Notes: generated from the sequence alone by a model not told the origin. Positions 10,492 to 20,725 are shown, numbered from the stretch's first letter. The stretch is 64,000 nt of DNA from a virus (IMGVR_UViG_3300042397_002774:96927-160926); one strand, 5' to 3'. Program-made: numbers and translations.

Positions 10492-10844
10492 TATATTCTA
10501 CCTTGCTTTTCTAAAGCCATTAATTTATCTAAAGCATTCATCGCTCTAAATAATTGATTGTATAATTTACTAATTTCTTTTGCTGTAGCAGCAATATCTG
10601 GATTTGTGGAGAAAGTGAATACATCAAATTCTCTTTTATTTTGAATAATATTTCTTTTAATACCATCAATTTTAGGTAGATTAATTACTTGAGAAGCAGA
10701 CATTTCAGGACGATTTGGATCCTGAGGTAATGGGACTAAAAGTCTTCCTGTTTTGTATAATTCTCTTTTTTGATCGGGAGTTAAGTCTGAAATAGTTACT
10801 TCAGGACTTCCCATAATTTCGTCTAATATATCTGTTAATTTCAT
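10491..10844 (-). CDS. Hypothetical protein with MKLxxILxE N-terminal tag
   Basis: Starts MKLTDILDE; coupled to neighbours. Confidence 0.7.
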   Translation of the reverse strand: MKLTDILDEIMGSPEVTISDLTPDQKRELYKTGRLLVPLPQDPNRPEMSASQVINLPKIDGIKRNIIQNKREFDVFTFSTNPDIAATAKEISKLYNQLFRAMNALDKLMALEKQGRI

Positions 10845-10846
10845 AA

Positions 10847-11185
10847 TTAATATTGTCCTACTTTTTCAATTGTTTGTAATCTAGGTAAAAATTGTAATAA
10901 ACCATCTACTTTATGAGTAGTTGATGCTGCAACTTTAATTTTTTGAATATCTTCTTCTGGTGTTGATGATACAATATATTTTAATTTTAATAAAGCAAAT
11001 TCAGCTACATTAGTTGCCTTTGCATCTAAAAAATCACTTTGTTGTACAGTTACAACTACAACTCCAGGAAGAGCTCTAACCTCATTATAAATCAATACTT
11101 GATTATAATTTGAATTAGTTTTTATCAATACTTCTATTTTGTATATAGATAAAATTTCGTTTAATATATTTTCTAGTTTTATCAT
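10847..11185 (-). CDS. Hypothetical protein with MIKLxxILxE N-terminal tag
   Basis: Start moved to ATG 11185 (MIKLENILNE), which overlaps the upstream stop; the 11227 start lies inside the previous gene. Confidence 0.7.
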   Translation of the reverse strand: MIKLENILNEILSIYKIEVLIKTNSNYNQVLIYNEVRALPGVVVVTVQQSDFLDAKATNVAEFALLKLKYIVSSTPEEDIQKIKVAASTTHKVDGLLQFLPRLQTIEKVGQY

Positions 11186-11775
11186 GATTCTAATATATTT
11201 AATCTTGTCATTCTTGTTAAAGAACAATTCAAGATATATATAATAAGGTTGCCAGATGCATTTGCTGATTGAGCTGATACAGGTGATCCTGCAGCTGTAT
11301 AAAACTGAGCATCTGTTGATGTTACTTCATAATATCTATCTCTATCAACTACTATATCTCCCACTTCTGGAGTAAAGTTAAATTGTTCAACTGTTAATTT
11401 TGGTATGCTTATTGTAATGTTTTGAGTAGGGTCGGAACCATAATCAGCATCTACATAAGATAAAGCAGTTCTTTCAATTAAACACTTTATTTCCATTGGA
11501 GGATAATACCATTTCTCCATTGACTCACCATACATATTAGCTACTGTATTATCTAAGTCACATTTAAAATACCCTACCTTCATACCAGCAAAATTAATTG
11601 CTTGTTGAACAGTAGCAGCTGCTTGACCACCAGGTCCTGGGGCAGGTGATGGTGGTGCAGGTGGAGGAGTTGGACCTGAAGGAGCAGGGGATCCTACTCC
11701 ACCTCCTTTTGGTGGAGATGGTATAAATGGAGCCTGTGAAACTGTTCCTCCTTCTTTTCTAATTCCTTTTTGCAT
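11182..11775 (-). CDS. Neck / head-closure protein (gp14-like) with Pro-rich N-terminus
   Basis: 'NMYGES.EKWY...PEVGDIVVDRDRYYEV' pattern; directly after the gp13-like gene. Confidence 0.55.
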   Translation of the reverse strand: MQKGIRKEGGTVSQAPFIPSPPKGGGVGSPAPSGPTPPPAPPSPAPGPGGQAAATVQQAINFAGMKVGYFKCDLDNTVANMYGESMEKWYYPPMEIKCLIERTALSYVDADYGSDPTQNITISIPKLTVEQFNFTPEVGDIVVDRDRYYEVTSTDAQFYTAAGSPVSAQSANASGNLIIYILNCSLTRMTRLNILES

Positions 11776-13772
11776 TACTTAATATAAATTGGTAAAGGAA
11801 TAGATGCTAAGGTATCTTTTAAGAAACCTGCTTCTTGTTGTTTTCTCTCAAGTTGACTCTTACGAGAAACTTCATTTAACATTTCCTTTAATTCTAAGAT
11901 TAAATCCTCTTTTTCTTTTCTAGCATCCGTAATCAATTCAGAACCATTTATCGGTCCTATACCTTGAATACTTGTACTAGAATATTGAATACGAATATGT
12001 GCTTCAACTTCCCTAGCTAATGCTAAAGTATACTTAAATATCCACATTCTACCAACGGTATTAATGTTCATATATACAGGATTTCTGTAAGGAACATTCA
12101 TTACATCAGTAACAACATTTTTTCTTCTATCTCTTAATATATTATTTTTATTGCTTTTTTTAACATATTCAAAGAATAAATTTAGATCAATAGAAGGTCT
12201 TGGGAATATTCTTAATTGGTTATTTTGTAATTCAAATGAATAACTAGCACGTCTAATAGTATCGTTTAATTCAATGGATTGAATTTTCTGTAAGTCAAAA
12301 TTCATAGGCATTAACAAGAAGTTAATACCAGGAGAAAACTGACCAAATCCAAATGTTTCAAGTAATGATTGAACACCAGTACCTGTACCAGCATATGGAT
12401 CAAAATATCTTGCGATTGCTGGGGGTTGTTCATAATACACTCTTCTAACCTCGATTGTATCTCCAGGTTCTAATGATTCAGAAACAGCAGCCCAAGCATT
12501 TAAATCATAATCTTGTTCTCCAGGAATTAATTTTAATGAACCCTTTTTAATATCATAACTACCACCCACATTAGCTTCAGCACCATAACCATCAGCAATA
12601 ACTGATGTTATAGTTGTTAAGTTGTTGCTTAATACTTTATCATTAAATGTTTCTAAAGTAGTTTGAATATAAACTGTTGGAATTTCACCATTTGAACCTG
12701 TAAATCTTGCACCATTACCCGCAATATTAGGAGTAGTAGTAAAGAAATAAATGTGAGAAAATCCTTCAGGAATTTCATAATTAGATCCTGATGTTACTCC
12801 TGTAAATTGAGCTGATGTTCCGTTAATTCTAAAATTAGTAATATTAGAATATGATAATGAAGAAGAAATATTTAAAGTTGTTGCAGTAGATCCTGTAGTA
12901 AATACCATATTAGTGCCAAATGAAGCAGAAGATACTGCTGTTAATTTAGCTGCTATGTTTGCTGCGGTTGCTGCAGGTGTACTTCCAGTTACAATATAAA
13001 AATTTGTACTAGTGTCAGGTAAACTACCAGAACCAATATTAAAAGTTGTAATAGTATTATTACTACCTGTTACAACAAATGATGTTGAACCTGAGGTAAT
13101 ACTAACGCTAGCTGCATCCCATGATGAAGTAGTAGCATTGTAAAATGGTGTAACAACTGTTGCACCACCAGTTCTGTTAAATTGATTATATACAAATTGG
13201 CTCAAATCCATTATAAGATCACCAGGTCCTGTATATGTTGGGTCATTAAATCCAGATCCTAAAGTAAATGAGTTGATATAATTAAAATCAGGCGCGATAA
13301 AATCGTTTATAGAGGCGGAAATAACCCAGATCTCATTATCTACGATAGACGCTGAATAAGACTGATTAAAGTTTACTTCAGCAAAATTCGCTGGTCTTGG
13401 AGCAGACCAAGATACCGGAGAACCAATATCATCACTTAATATATGTGTGTATCCTATATTTGAAAATGGAGAGGTTTCTGAACCTTCCATGTTAATATAG
13501 TTGTCTCTAATTTTGTATTGGTAAACTAAATTACCGTATGTAGTAACGGCTTCTTCAAATGCAGCATATACAGTTAAATCACTAATGTTCAATGTTGATA
13601 AACCTATACCTGTACCTAAACGTTGAGCAATATACTTAGCAGCACTCTTAGCATCACGTAAGAATTCAGGATCATCAGTATAATATTCAAAAGGACAATT
13701 GCCTTTTACATTAGAAAGGTATGATACATCACCACCGTAATTATCATATAGTTGCATTAAGTTAATCGCCAT
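11775..13772 (-). CDS. Neck / head-tail adaptor (gp13-like) with large Ser/Thr-rich insertion
   Basis: 'YIAQRLG...YAAFEEAV', 'LRIFPRP', 'WIFKYTLALARE...NGSELITDARKEKEDLILEL' patterns; downstream of the capsid gene. Confidence 0.65.
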   Translation of the reverse strand: MAINLMQLYDNYGGDVSYLSNVKGNCPFEYYTDDPEFLRDAKSAAKYIAQRLGTGIGLSTLNISDLTVYAAFEEAVTTYGNLVYQYKIRDNYINMEGSETSPFSNIGYTHILSDDIGSPVSWSAPRPANFAEVNFNQSYSASIVDNEIWVISASINDFIAPDFNYINSFTLGSGFNDPTYTGPGDLIMDLSQFVYNQFNRTGGATVVTPFYNATTSSWDAASVSITSGSTSFVVTGSNNTITTFNIGSGSLPDTSTNFYIVTGSTPAATAANIAAKLTAVSSASFGTNMVFTTGSTATTLNISSSLSYSNITNFRINGTSAQFTGVTSGSNYEIPEGFSHIYFFTTTPNIAGNGARFTGSNGEIPTVYIQTTLETFNDKVLSNNLTTITSVIADGYGAEANVGGSYDIKKGSLKLIPGEQDYDLNAWAAVSESLEPGDTIEVRRVYYEQPPAIARYFDPYAGTGTGVQSLLETFGFGQFSPGINFLLMPMNFDLQKIQSIELNDTIRRASYSFELQNNQLRIFPRPSIDLNLFFEYVKKSNKNNILRDRRKNVVTDVMNVPYRNPVYMNINTVGRMWIFKYTLALAREVEAHIRIQYSSTSIQGIGPINGSELITDARKEKEDLILELKEMLNEVSRKSQLERKQQEAGFLKDTLASIPLPIYIK

Positions 13773-13810
13773 TATTCACTAGTATTTGTCATGTATAAAT
13801 ATTGAATATA

Positions 13811-14479
13811 TTACTTCCCATATTCATAATCCAATATCTTACCAACTAGGTCCGATCTATGGTTTGTTGCTAATTTAATCCACTGAATTTCTTCAATTTT
13901 TTTAGATAATTCAATAGCATATGATAATCCATTTAATTCACCTGTTGGGTTTTTAATATCAGTTTGTTCATTATCCCCATTAATCACTATTTTACCGTTT
14001 TTACCCAAACGTGTTAATATAGCTAACATCTCACCTTTAGTTAGGTTTTGAGCTTCTTCAACAATTAAAATATCATCAATTGTTTTACCACGAATAAACT
14101 GAACAGGTAATGCTTTAATTTTTTCGTCCTGTACCAATTTTGCAACTTCATTTTTATCAGAACAACATTTAGATAAATTTTCTAATAGAGCTTCCATATA
14201 TGGATCAAACTTTTCACTTAATGCTCCTGGTAAAAATCCTAAACTTTTACCTACCTCAACAGCAGCACGTGTATTGTATATGCAATCTATTTGTTTTCTT
14301 TTAAGAAAATCTAATGCTGCTTGAGCACATACTAATGATTTTCCGCTCCCTGCTCTACCTGTTATTATAACAATTTGGTTTTCTACTATTAATCGTTTTG
14401 CTTCTTTTTGTTCTTCATTTAATTGAACTGCGTTAATTGATTTAATTTCACTTTTGCGTTCGCGATTAGGTTCTCTCAT
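13811..14479 (-). CDS. phoH: PhoH-like ATPase
   Basis: GRAGSGKS P-loop, LGFLPG, FIRGKT, EEAQN, GDNEQTD, HRS motifs. ATG 14479 (MREPN) preferred because the TTG at 14503 overlaps the ATATTTAT motif. Confidence 0.92.
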   Translation of the reverse strand: MREPNRERKSEIKSINAVQLNEEQKEAKRLIVENQIVIITGRAGSGKSLVCAQAALDFLKRKQIDCIYNTRAAVEVGKSLGFLPGALSEKFDPYMEALLENLSKCCSDKNEVAKLVQDEKIKALPVQFIRGKTIDDILIVEEAQNLTKGEMLAILTRLGKNGKIVINGDNEQTDIKNPTGELNGLSYAIELSKKIEEIQWIKLATNHRSDLVGKILDYEYGK

Positions 14480-14514
14480 ATGTAACGGTTGTTTAATTTC
14501 CAATAAATATTAAT

Positions 14515-14545
14515 AAAAGAAGCCCGACCTTACGGGGTCGGGCTC
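14515..14545 (-). terminator. Rho-independent terminator after major capsid gene
   Basis: GAGCCCGACC-ccgtaa-GGTCGGGCTTC-TTTT on the minus strand. Confidence 0.85.
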
Positions 14546-14592
14546 TTTATAACTATAATACTGAGACTATAGCGGGGTATTGTTTAATTAAA

Positions 14593-16185
14593 TTAAACAG
14601 TTTCTAAACCATGAACGATCACTTTACCATAGAATTCAGGACGAACCATTTTCTTAGCGTAACGAGTCATCAAACCTTTACGTGGAGTAAATGTTGTTGG
14701 ATCGTATACTAATGGAGTCATCATTACAGGGATGTAAGGAGCAAATACAGCACCAGTTTCTAAGAACTGAGCACCTTTATAACCCATCAAGATGATGTTT
14801 TCAGTGAAGTAAGGGTTTTTGTAAACTTTGTAACGGCTGTTTAAAGAACCGATCTTTTGGATACCGAAATTGAATTCAGCTTTATCACCATCACCATCAG
14901 AAGCAAATCCTGGGATTGATTCTAAGATAGTTGCAACAGTTGGAGATACTACTAAGAAGTTAGCACCACCACGTAATGTTAATTGGTGAATCTTGTTAGA
15001 TACTTTTTGTAACTTAGTACCTAAAGTTTGGAACCAACCACCTTGAGTGTTGAAGAAAGTGTTTGTTAAAGAAGCGAAAGCGCTACCGTTCCAAGCTACG
15101 TTGTTCTGAGCTGACCAATATTCAGTAGTTGAAGTTGGTACGTTCTTGATCAACATTTCTAAGATTTCTAAATCGATTTCCATAGAGATGTATTGGCTCA
15201 TCAAGCTAGTTAATTCAGCTTCAGCGTCGATTGAATGGTAAGCATTCAAATCTTGAGCGAATTCTGGAGTCCATTGTGCTTTTAACTTACGAGTTTTAGC
15301 AACAACTGCTTCAGACTTCATGTTAACGTCTAATGAAGGGATAACGATTTGAGAAGCGCTGTTAGCGTTAGGTACGCTGTAGTCAGCTCTGTCTTCGAAA
15401 TCACCACGAGCGTTATCACGGTTAGCTTTATTGTAGAATAAAGTTACAGTACCGTGAGCTGGAGAACCAGTTGCGATGAAGATCATATCATTACCAGATA
15501 CTTTAGTGTACTGAGGTAAGATTGTAGATTCGTCGAAGTTAGAACCACTAACGAAACAAGCTCTTGCAGCTTCTAAATCTTGGTCAGTTTGAGCAGCACC
15601 GTTAGTTACAGTGATTTTCTTTAAAGAACCTGTAGCTACAGTTGAATCGAAGTTAACGTCAGCTAACAATACAGAAGAAGTAGCTGCAGTTAAAGATGCA
15701 GAGAATTGGTTAATTGAATAACCGAATTTACCAACACCATATAAACCTTTAGTGATGTCAGTTGACTTTAAGTCAGCAGAAGCACCATATAAAGATCCAG
15801 CAAATGCTTTCTTATCAGTACCATACTTGAAATCAAGATAGAAGATAAGACCTGAAGGTAAGCTCATTGATTGAACTGAAACGAATTCTTTAGCGCTGAT
15901 ATCACCGAACACACGGCGAACTAACGGTAAAGCAACTCCAGCCCAGTTTTCACCAAAACCACCAGCACCGAAAGTAGCAGCACCACCACCTAAACCAGTT
16001 TGGTTGCTTTCTACTACTAATTGCTTAGCTTGGTTTTCTAATAAGATAGCCATGTTGTTTTTCTCAACTTCGCCTTTAAGACCTTCCAAAAGGCCAGACT
16101 TAGCCCACTTAGAGACTAAGGTGTTAGCTGTATCCATTACACGAGCGTAAGGATTAGCTGATTCTAATAATTGTTGAATTTCCAT
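14593..16185 (-). CDS. Major capsid protein (T4 gp23-like)
   Basis: 'LPLVRRVF', 'VSVQSMSLPSGLIFYL', 'AKTRKLKAQWTPEFAQDLNAYHSIDAEAEL', 'FAPYIP', 'FTPRKGLMTRYA'. Confidence 0.97.
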   Translation of the reverse strand: MEIQQLLESANPYARVMDTANTLVSKWAKSGLLEGLKGEVEKNNMAILLENQAKQLVVESNQTGLGGGAATFGAGGFGENWAGVALPLVRRVFGDISAKEFVSVQSMSLPSGLIFYLDFKYGTDKKAFAGSLYGASADLKSTDITKGLYGVGKFGYSINQFSASLTAATSSVLLADVNFDSTVATGSLKKITVTNGAAQTDQDLEAARACFVSGSNFDESTILPQYTKVSGNDMIFIATGSPAHGTVTLFYNKANRDNARGDFEDRADYSVPNANSASQIVIPSLDVNMKSEAVVAKTRKLKAQWTPEFAQDLNAYHSIDAEAELTSLMSQYISMEIDLEILEMLIKNVPTSTTEYWSAQNNVAWNGSAFASLTNTFFNTQGGWFQTLGTKLQKVSNKIHQLTLRGGANFLVVSPTVATILESIPGFASDGDGDKAEFNFGIQKIGSLNSRYKVYKNPYFTENIILMGYKGAQFLETGAVFAPYIPVMMTPLVYDPTTFTPRKGLMTRYAKKMVRPEFYGKVIVHGLETV

Positions 16186-16210
16186 TTTTAAATGAATTTG
16201 TTTTTTATTT

Positions 16211-17344
16211 TTAATATTTTGTTATACCTGCTAACTTTTGGAATCTAGAAATTTGTTCGTTTGTTTCAACGATTTGTTTGCTAGGTGCATTGCCAGCTGG
16301 TTTTGAAGCGAATCCTTTAATGATTCCTTCTTTTACCATACCTTTAGAAGTTTCTTTAGCTTCTAGAGACTCATTAAGAGCTTCGAATACTAATTTAGCT
16401 TCGTTTGGTGTTGATGCTTTATCAAAGGCGTTAATTACTTTGATTTTGTTGTCTTCTGATAAGTTTTTAGCTTTGAAGATCTTGTTAACATATAATAACT
16501 TAGCGTTTAATAAGTTAACTTCATTCAATTCGTTACGTAAAGTTTTGATTGTAGCAACTGCTTCATCTAATTCTTTTTCGTCTTTTTTAGCTTTCTTAGC
16601 TTCATCTACTACATCTTCAGTTGCTTCGTTTTCGTCTAAAGCATCTAATTCAGCTAATAGTTCTTCTAAGTTGATTTCATCTTCTGAAGATTCAGTTTCT
16701 TCTTCAGTACCATCTAATTCAACAGCATCATCTCCCATCATTTCTTCTTCATCTTCTGCACCTTCAGCGCCTAATTCAGAATCTACGATGTCTTTGATAA
16801 TGTCTTTTAAATCTTCAATAGATAAATCAGCTACTGATGTTTCTTCTTCAGATGTTTCATCTTCCATTTCTTCTTCAGTTTCTTCTTTACCTTCTCTCAT
16901 ACCAGAAGCGGCTGCGGCTCCTAATTTTTCTAATTCAGCATATGCCTTCTTAGCCATAGGTCCACCCTTCTTAATAAGAGATTTAATACCGTTGATGATG
17001 TTTTCTAAACCAGCACCAGCTGCATTTGATGGATCATATCCACTGCTTGCTCCGGTTACTTCGTCGATTTCTTCATCAGAACCTTCTTCAAGTTCTAATT
17101 CAGCTAAAAACTCGTCTAAATTCAACTCTTCTTCCATGTTTTCTTCATTGAAAGTTTCTACTTCTTCGATTTCTTCTTTAACATCTTCATCATCTTTTGC
17201 CATTTCTTCTAATTTAGAAGCTAACATAGATTGTAAATGAGGAGTTAAAGTTTCTTCAAGAGCAGCTTTTGCATTAACTAACGCAGCTTCGCGAATAGTT
17301 TTTGCTTCAGCAATTGCTTGCTTAAATAATTCTTTGTTTGTCAT
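16211..17344 (-). CDS. Prohead core scaffold protein (gp22-like)
   Basis: Very acidic coiled-coil protein immediately upstream of the capsid gene; many L/I-x-E sites; C-terminal RFQKLAGI. Confidence 0.85.
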   Translation of the reverse strand: MTNKELFKQAIAEAKTIREAALVNAKAALEETLTPHLQSMLASKLEEMAKDDEDVKEEIEEVETFNEENMEEELNLDEFLAELELEEGSDEEIDEVTGASSGYDPSNAAGAGLENIINGIKSLIKKGGPMAKKAYAELEKLGAAAASGMREGKEETEEEMEDETSEEETSVADLSIEDLKDIIKDIVDSELGAEGAEDEEEMMGDDAVELDGTEEETESSEDEINLEELLAELDALDENEATEDVVDEAKKAKKDEKELDEAVATIKTLRNELNEVNLLNAKLLYVNKIFKAKNLSEDNKIKVINAFDKASTPNEAKLVFEALNESLEAKETSKGMVKEGIIKGFASKPAGNAPSKQIVETNEQISRFQKLAGITKY

Positions 17345-17490
17345 TTTGTCCTTAAATTTTTTTCGGAAATAAGCTTATTAGAGGGGAAGCTTAATAGGGA
17401 TTTGTATAATACCTGAACTACAATAAAAAATGGGTAGTCCATTTTAGGCTACCCATAAATATATGTAGATACGAAAAACCGTGAAAAGTT

Positions 17491-19002
17491 TTAAGCAGCT
17501 ACTATTTTTTGTGCTAGTTGTATAACTTCTGCTGTTTTAAATGCTGCTGCTCCTCCTTCTAATCCTTTTATAACTAAATTAACGGCATTAGCAGCTTCAA
17601 ATCCTGAGGCTACAGCAGCTGCGGTTAATATAGCGGCATAAACTCCATGAGCGGCATCATATAACGGTGATGTTTGATCAAATGGGTCTTGATTACCAAA
17701 TTTTTTAGGATATGCTTTCTTTAACACATAAGAAATTGCTTCAATATATTTGTGTTCTAAGTCATGCCCCTTTTTTTGCAACCATTGTCCTACTTGTGTT
17801 TGTCCTACAGCTCCATAAGAAAAATAATTAGCAGCTCCATCAACAGCTTTACCAAGTAAATTTATTAAACCTGGAGCACCTGCAGTTAGCGCAAATAATG
17901 TAAGTGGTCCTAGTTCATTTATTTGTCCATCTTTAGGAGATGGTTTTATTGTTGATGCTGCAGATTTAAGATCTCCTAGTATATCTAGTAATCCTTTTTC
18001 AACTCCTTGCCCAACATTAGCTTCTACTTCAGTAATAATACCAGCTAATTGCTGCATTCTTATAATTTCATTGATATTAGATTTCATTTCTTGAATTTTA
18101 ATTTTTGTATTAGAAATACTATTTACTTTTTCTTCTATAGATTTTATAGTTTTATATAGATCTTTTAAAAATTCTTTATAACCTTCGGGGTTATGTTGTT
18201 TTATTTTAGATAAATATTCTAAATATTCTGATAGAGCATAATCTGAGTCGGAAGGTGTTCTTATTATTTGGCTTACAAAGTTAAATATTTTTTGGAAAAA
18301 TTTTCTACTACCTGTTCCATCTATAAATTCTTTTGTTTCAGTACTAATAATTTTAGTTTTACCTGCAAAATATTGTAATATGTTTAACAGTGCTTTTTCA
18401 ATCCTTTTAATATCTCCGGGATTATTTGTAGTATTTAATACTCTATCAGTTCCTGTTATTAAGGATTCAAAAAATTGACCAGTAAATGTTTGAAATTCAG
18501 CCCATGATTTGTAATAAATAGCTTCATCATTAGGATCATAAGCTTGTTTTAAATAATGGTGGTTTAAGGCAGGATCTTTAGCATGTATTAACTCATGTTT
18601 AAGAGTCTGTCTTAACCTTTCAATACCTGTATTTTCATTTCCAGTAACAGTTTTATAAAGTCTTTGATCAAAGTCTTGAAAACTATTAGGTCCCGGAAAA
18701 AATTGTTTAAAATAGGTTTGATTTATAAAAATCCAATTATCTGTTCTATTATTTTTATCATACGTAGAAAATTGACCTTTAGCATTTTTGTCAATAGCAC
18801 CAACACCAATTTCTACTTCTCCTTTTTCACCATCAGAATAGATGTATGATATTTTACCAGCAGACCAAACCTGCCCACTACTAGGAATATTTTTGGTTTT
18901 AATAATCTCAATTATTTCTGGGATTATTGTTTCTAGTTGTTGTCTTTCTTCAGGGGTAAGAGTTAAAGTTCCTTCTTCAATTATGTTTAGTAACTTTATC
19001 AT
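17491..19002 (-). CDS. Tagged two-module protein: HExxH metallopeptidase-like domain plus hydrophobic helical domain
   Basis: MIKLLNIIEE start, 'LKHELIHAKD', internal 'INEIIRMQQLAGIITE', Ala/Gly-rich hydrophobic C-terminal half. Confidence 0.65.
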   Translation of the reverse strand: MIKLLNIIEEGTLTLTPEERQQLETIIPEIIEIIKTKNIPSSGQVWSAGKISYIYSDGEKGEVEIGVGAIDKNAKGQFSTYDKNNRTDNWIFINQTYFKQFFPGPNSFQDFDQRLYKTVTGNENTGIERLRQTLKHELIHAKDPALNHHYLKQAYDPNDEAIYYKSWAEFQTFTGQFFESLITGTDRVLNTTNNPGDIKRIEKALLNILQYFAGKTKIISTETKEFIDGTGSRKFFQKIFNFVSQIIRTPSDSDYALSEYLEYLSKIKQHNPEGYKEFLKDLYKTIKSIEEKVNSISNTKIKIQEMKSNINEIIRMQQLAGIITEVEANVGQGVEKGLLDILGDLKSAASTIKPSPKDGQINELGPLTLFALTAGAPGLINLLGKAVDGAANYFSYGAVGQTQVGQWLQKKGHDLEHKYIEAISYVLKKAYPKKFGNQDPFDQTSPLYDAAHGVYAAILTAAAVASGFEAANAVNLVIKGLEGGAAAFKTAEVIQLAQKIVAA

Positions 19003-19006
19003 AATA

Positions 19007-19615
19007 TTAGCATAAAGGACAAACTCCTGTTGCGTTACAAATAATTTCTGTAATTAATCCGTTTACTTTGCTATAGTCTTTACTAGATTGTACTTTTTTA
19101 CCTTCAGATAATGACATATAAGCACCCGGAGTTGATGGTACTGATACTAGATCCCAACATAATAATTCAAAATCGTCTTGTACCTCTACTGTTTCACCCA
19201 ATTGCTTAACACTACCCATACCACGAGATGAAATACCTAATGGAATGCCGGCTAGTACAATTTCTTGTGCAATTTTACCTGATGGTGTGTTTAATAATTC
19301 TAATTCACCCATTACATCATTACCTTCCCACCAAACCTTAGTGATTATATGAGAAACGTTATTTAAGTTAATAATTGATGATTCTGGGTGGTCTAATTCA
19401 CCTGTTGCTGTTCTAGTAGCTACAGGTCCTTTAGTATACATTTCTACTTGTTTTCTAAGAATATTCATAGGATAAACACGACCATTACCGTTTTTAACTT
19501 CGGCTTCTTGTAATTTACCTTTGATACGCATTCTAGTACCAGTTCCTTCTTTACCTTCAGATAAAGTAAGTTTAGCTACGTGGAATGGTGTATGATCTAC
19601 TAATAGTTGTTTCAT
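19007..19615 (-). CDS. Prohead protease (T4 gp21-like)
   Basis: 'KNGNGRVYP', 'GELDHP', 'GISSRGMGS', 'WDLVSVPSTPGA'. Confidence 0.95.
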   Translation of the reverse strand: MKQLLVDHTPFHVAKLTLSEGKEGTGTRMRIKGKLQEAEVKNGNGRVYPMNILRKQVEMYTKGPVATRTATGELDHPESSIINLNNVSHIITKVWWEGNDVMGELELLNTPSGKIAQEIVLAGIPLGISSRGMGSVKQLGETVEVQDDFELLCWDLVSVPSTPGAYMSLSEGKKVQSSKDYSKVNGLITEIICNATGVCPLC

Positions 19616-19617
19616 GT

Positions 19618-20718
19618 TTATTTACTATTTTCTTCTGCTAGTACTTCACGTACAATATTTTCTAATGTTGCTTTAAATTTATCAAAAGCAGCACCTACAT
19701 CTACTTTACCAATTGGTCTTAATGGGGTTAAAATATATGCGGTTGTTGGTAATCTGTCATCATGTTCTTCTACATCCTCTTCAACATTAAATTGTAATTT
19801 GAATTTTTCTAAAAGAGTTGATGGTAATTTTTCCCAATAACCATATCTTAATACGGCTCTATCACTATGTCTACCAATATTTTGTAAAATAAATTTATTT
19901 GAGTATGGATTTAGAGTATTATTCATCTCAATAAATTTTGCTGCTTGTTTAACAGTGTCATTTGGTTCTTCACCAGGAAACATATTTAATTTAGTTTCTT
20001 GAAGATTTTTTACAAATTCTTTACCTACATAATAGCTATCACCTTTTACTCTAATATAACCACCTTGAATAATTGGATTTTTTTCAATTCTTGCAGTTCC
20101 ATATTCTTTTTCACGTGGAGTTCTTGAACCAGCACCACTTTGTCTATATCTAGAATTAGGAATAATCACATAATCAATTTCAAAATATTCAGGAGTGTTG
20201 TCAATTACTTTAAATTCAATTGAAGATCCAGTATCACCCATATTTTGTCCAGTACCACCATATACTTTGTTAGCCCAGTCTAAATTTTCTTTAACAACCT
20301 TCATACCATTTTCTTTATCAACTAATTCACCTTTCTTTGGTGCTTTAGGAGATTTAGATTTAGCTTTTGCTTTTGGTCTTTCTTGATGAGAATCAATACC
20401 AGATAATTTTAATTGGCTATAATATGATGGATTTTCTTTTAAATGATCCATAGCAATTTTTTCTGCTTTTTTAGGATCATCTGTATGTTCCATTTCAACT
20501 TTAATACCCATTGCTAATTCAACAGGATTACATTGATATTCTTCTTTAGCTTCAGATAAAAGACCTTTGTTTTTTAAAATTTTAACTGAATCAGTAAATG
20601 ATGTTACATTAGTAATGTATTGGGGAAATGTCATACGAACAGCTCTCATAAAGTTAGCCTGAGATAAATTTCCTTCTACTAATTGGTTGTATTGATTTTG
20701 TATACTTTTCATATTCAT
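19618..20718 (-). CDS. Multi-module hypothetical protein containing a DUF5661-like unit
   Basis: 'ELAMGIKVEMEHTDDPKKAEKIAMDHLKENPSYYSQL'; modules separated by LxE/VxE sites; C-terminal LENIVREVLAE. Confidence 0.65.
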   Translation of the reverse strand: MNMKSIQNQYNQLVEGNLSQANFMRAVRMTFPQYITNVTSFTDSVKILKNKGLLSEAKEEYQCNPVELAMGIKVEMEHTDDPKKAEKIAMDHLKENPSYYSQLKLSGIDSHQERPKAKAKSKSPKAPKKGELVDKENGMKVVKENLDWANKVYGGTGQNMGDTGSSIEFKVIDNTPEYFEIDYVIIPNSRYRQSGAGSRTPREKEYGTARIEKNPIIQGGYIRVKGDSYYVGKEFVKNLQETKLNMFPGEEPNDTVKQAAKFIEMNNTLNPYSNKFILQNIGRHSDRAVLRYGYWEKLPSTLLEKFKLQFNVEEDVEEHDDRLPTTAYILTPLRPIGKVDVGAAFDKFKATLENIVREVLAEENSK

Positions 20719-20725
20719 TTATATT

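Noticed and set aside
16278-17240. 320-aa plus-strand Ser-rich ORF
   Set aside because: Antisense shadow of the Glu-rich scaffold (GAA reads as TTC/TCT on the other strand).
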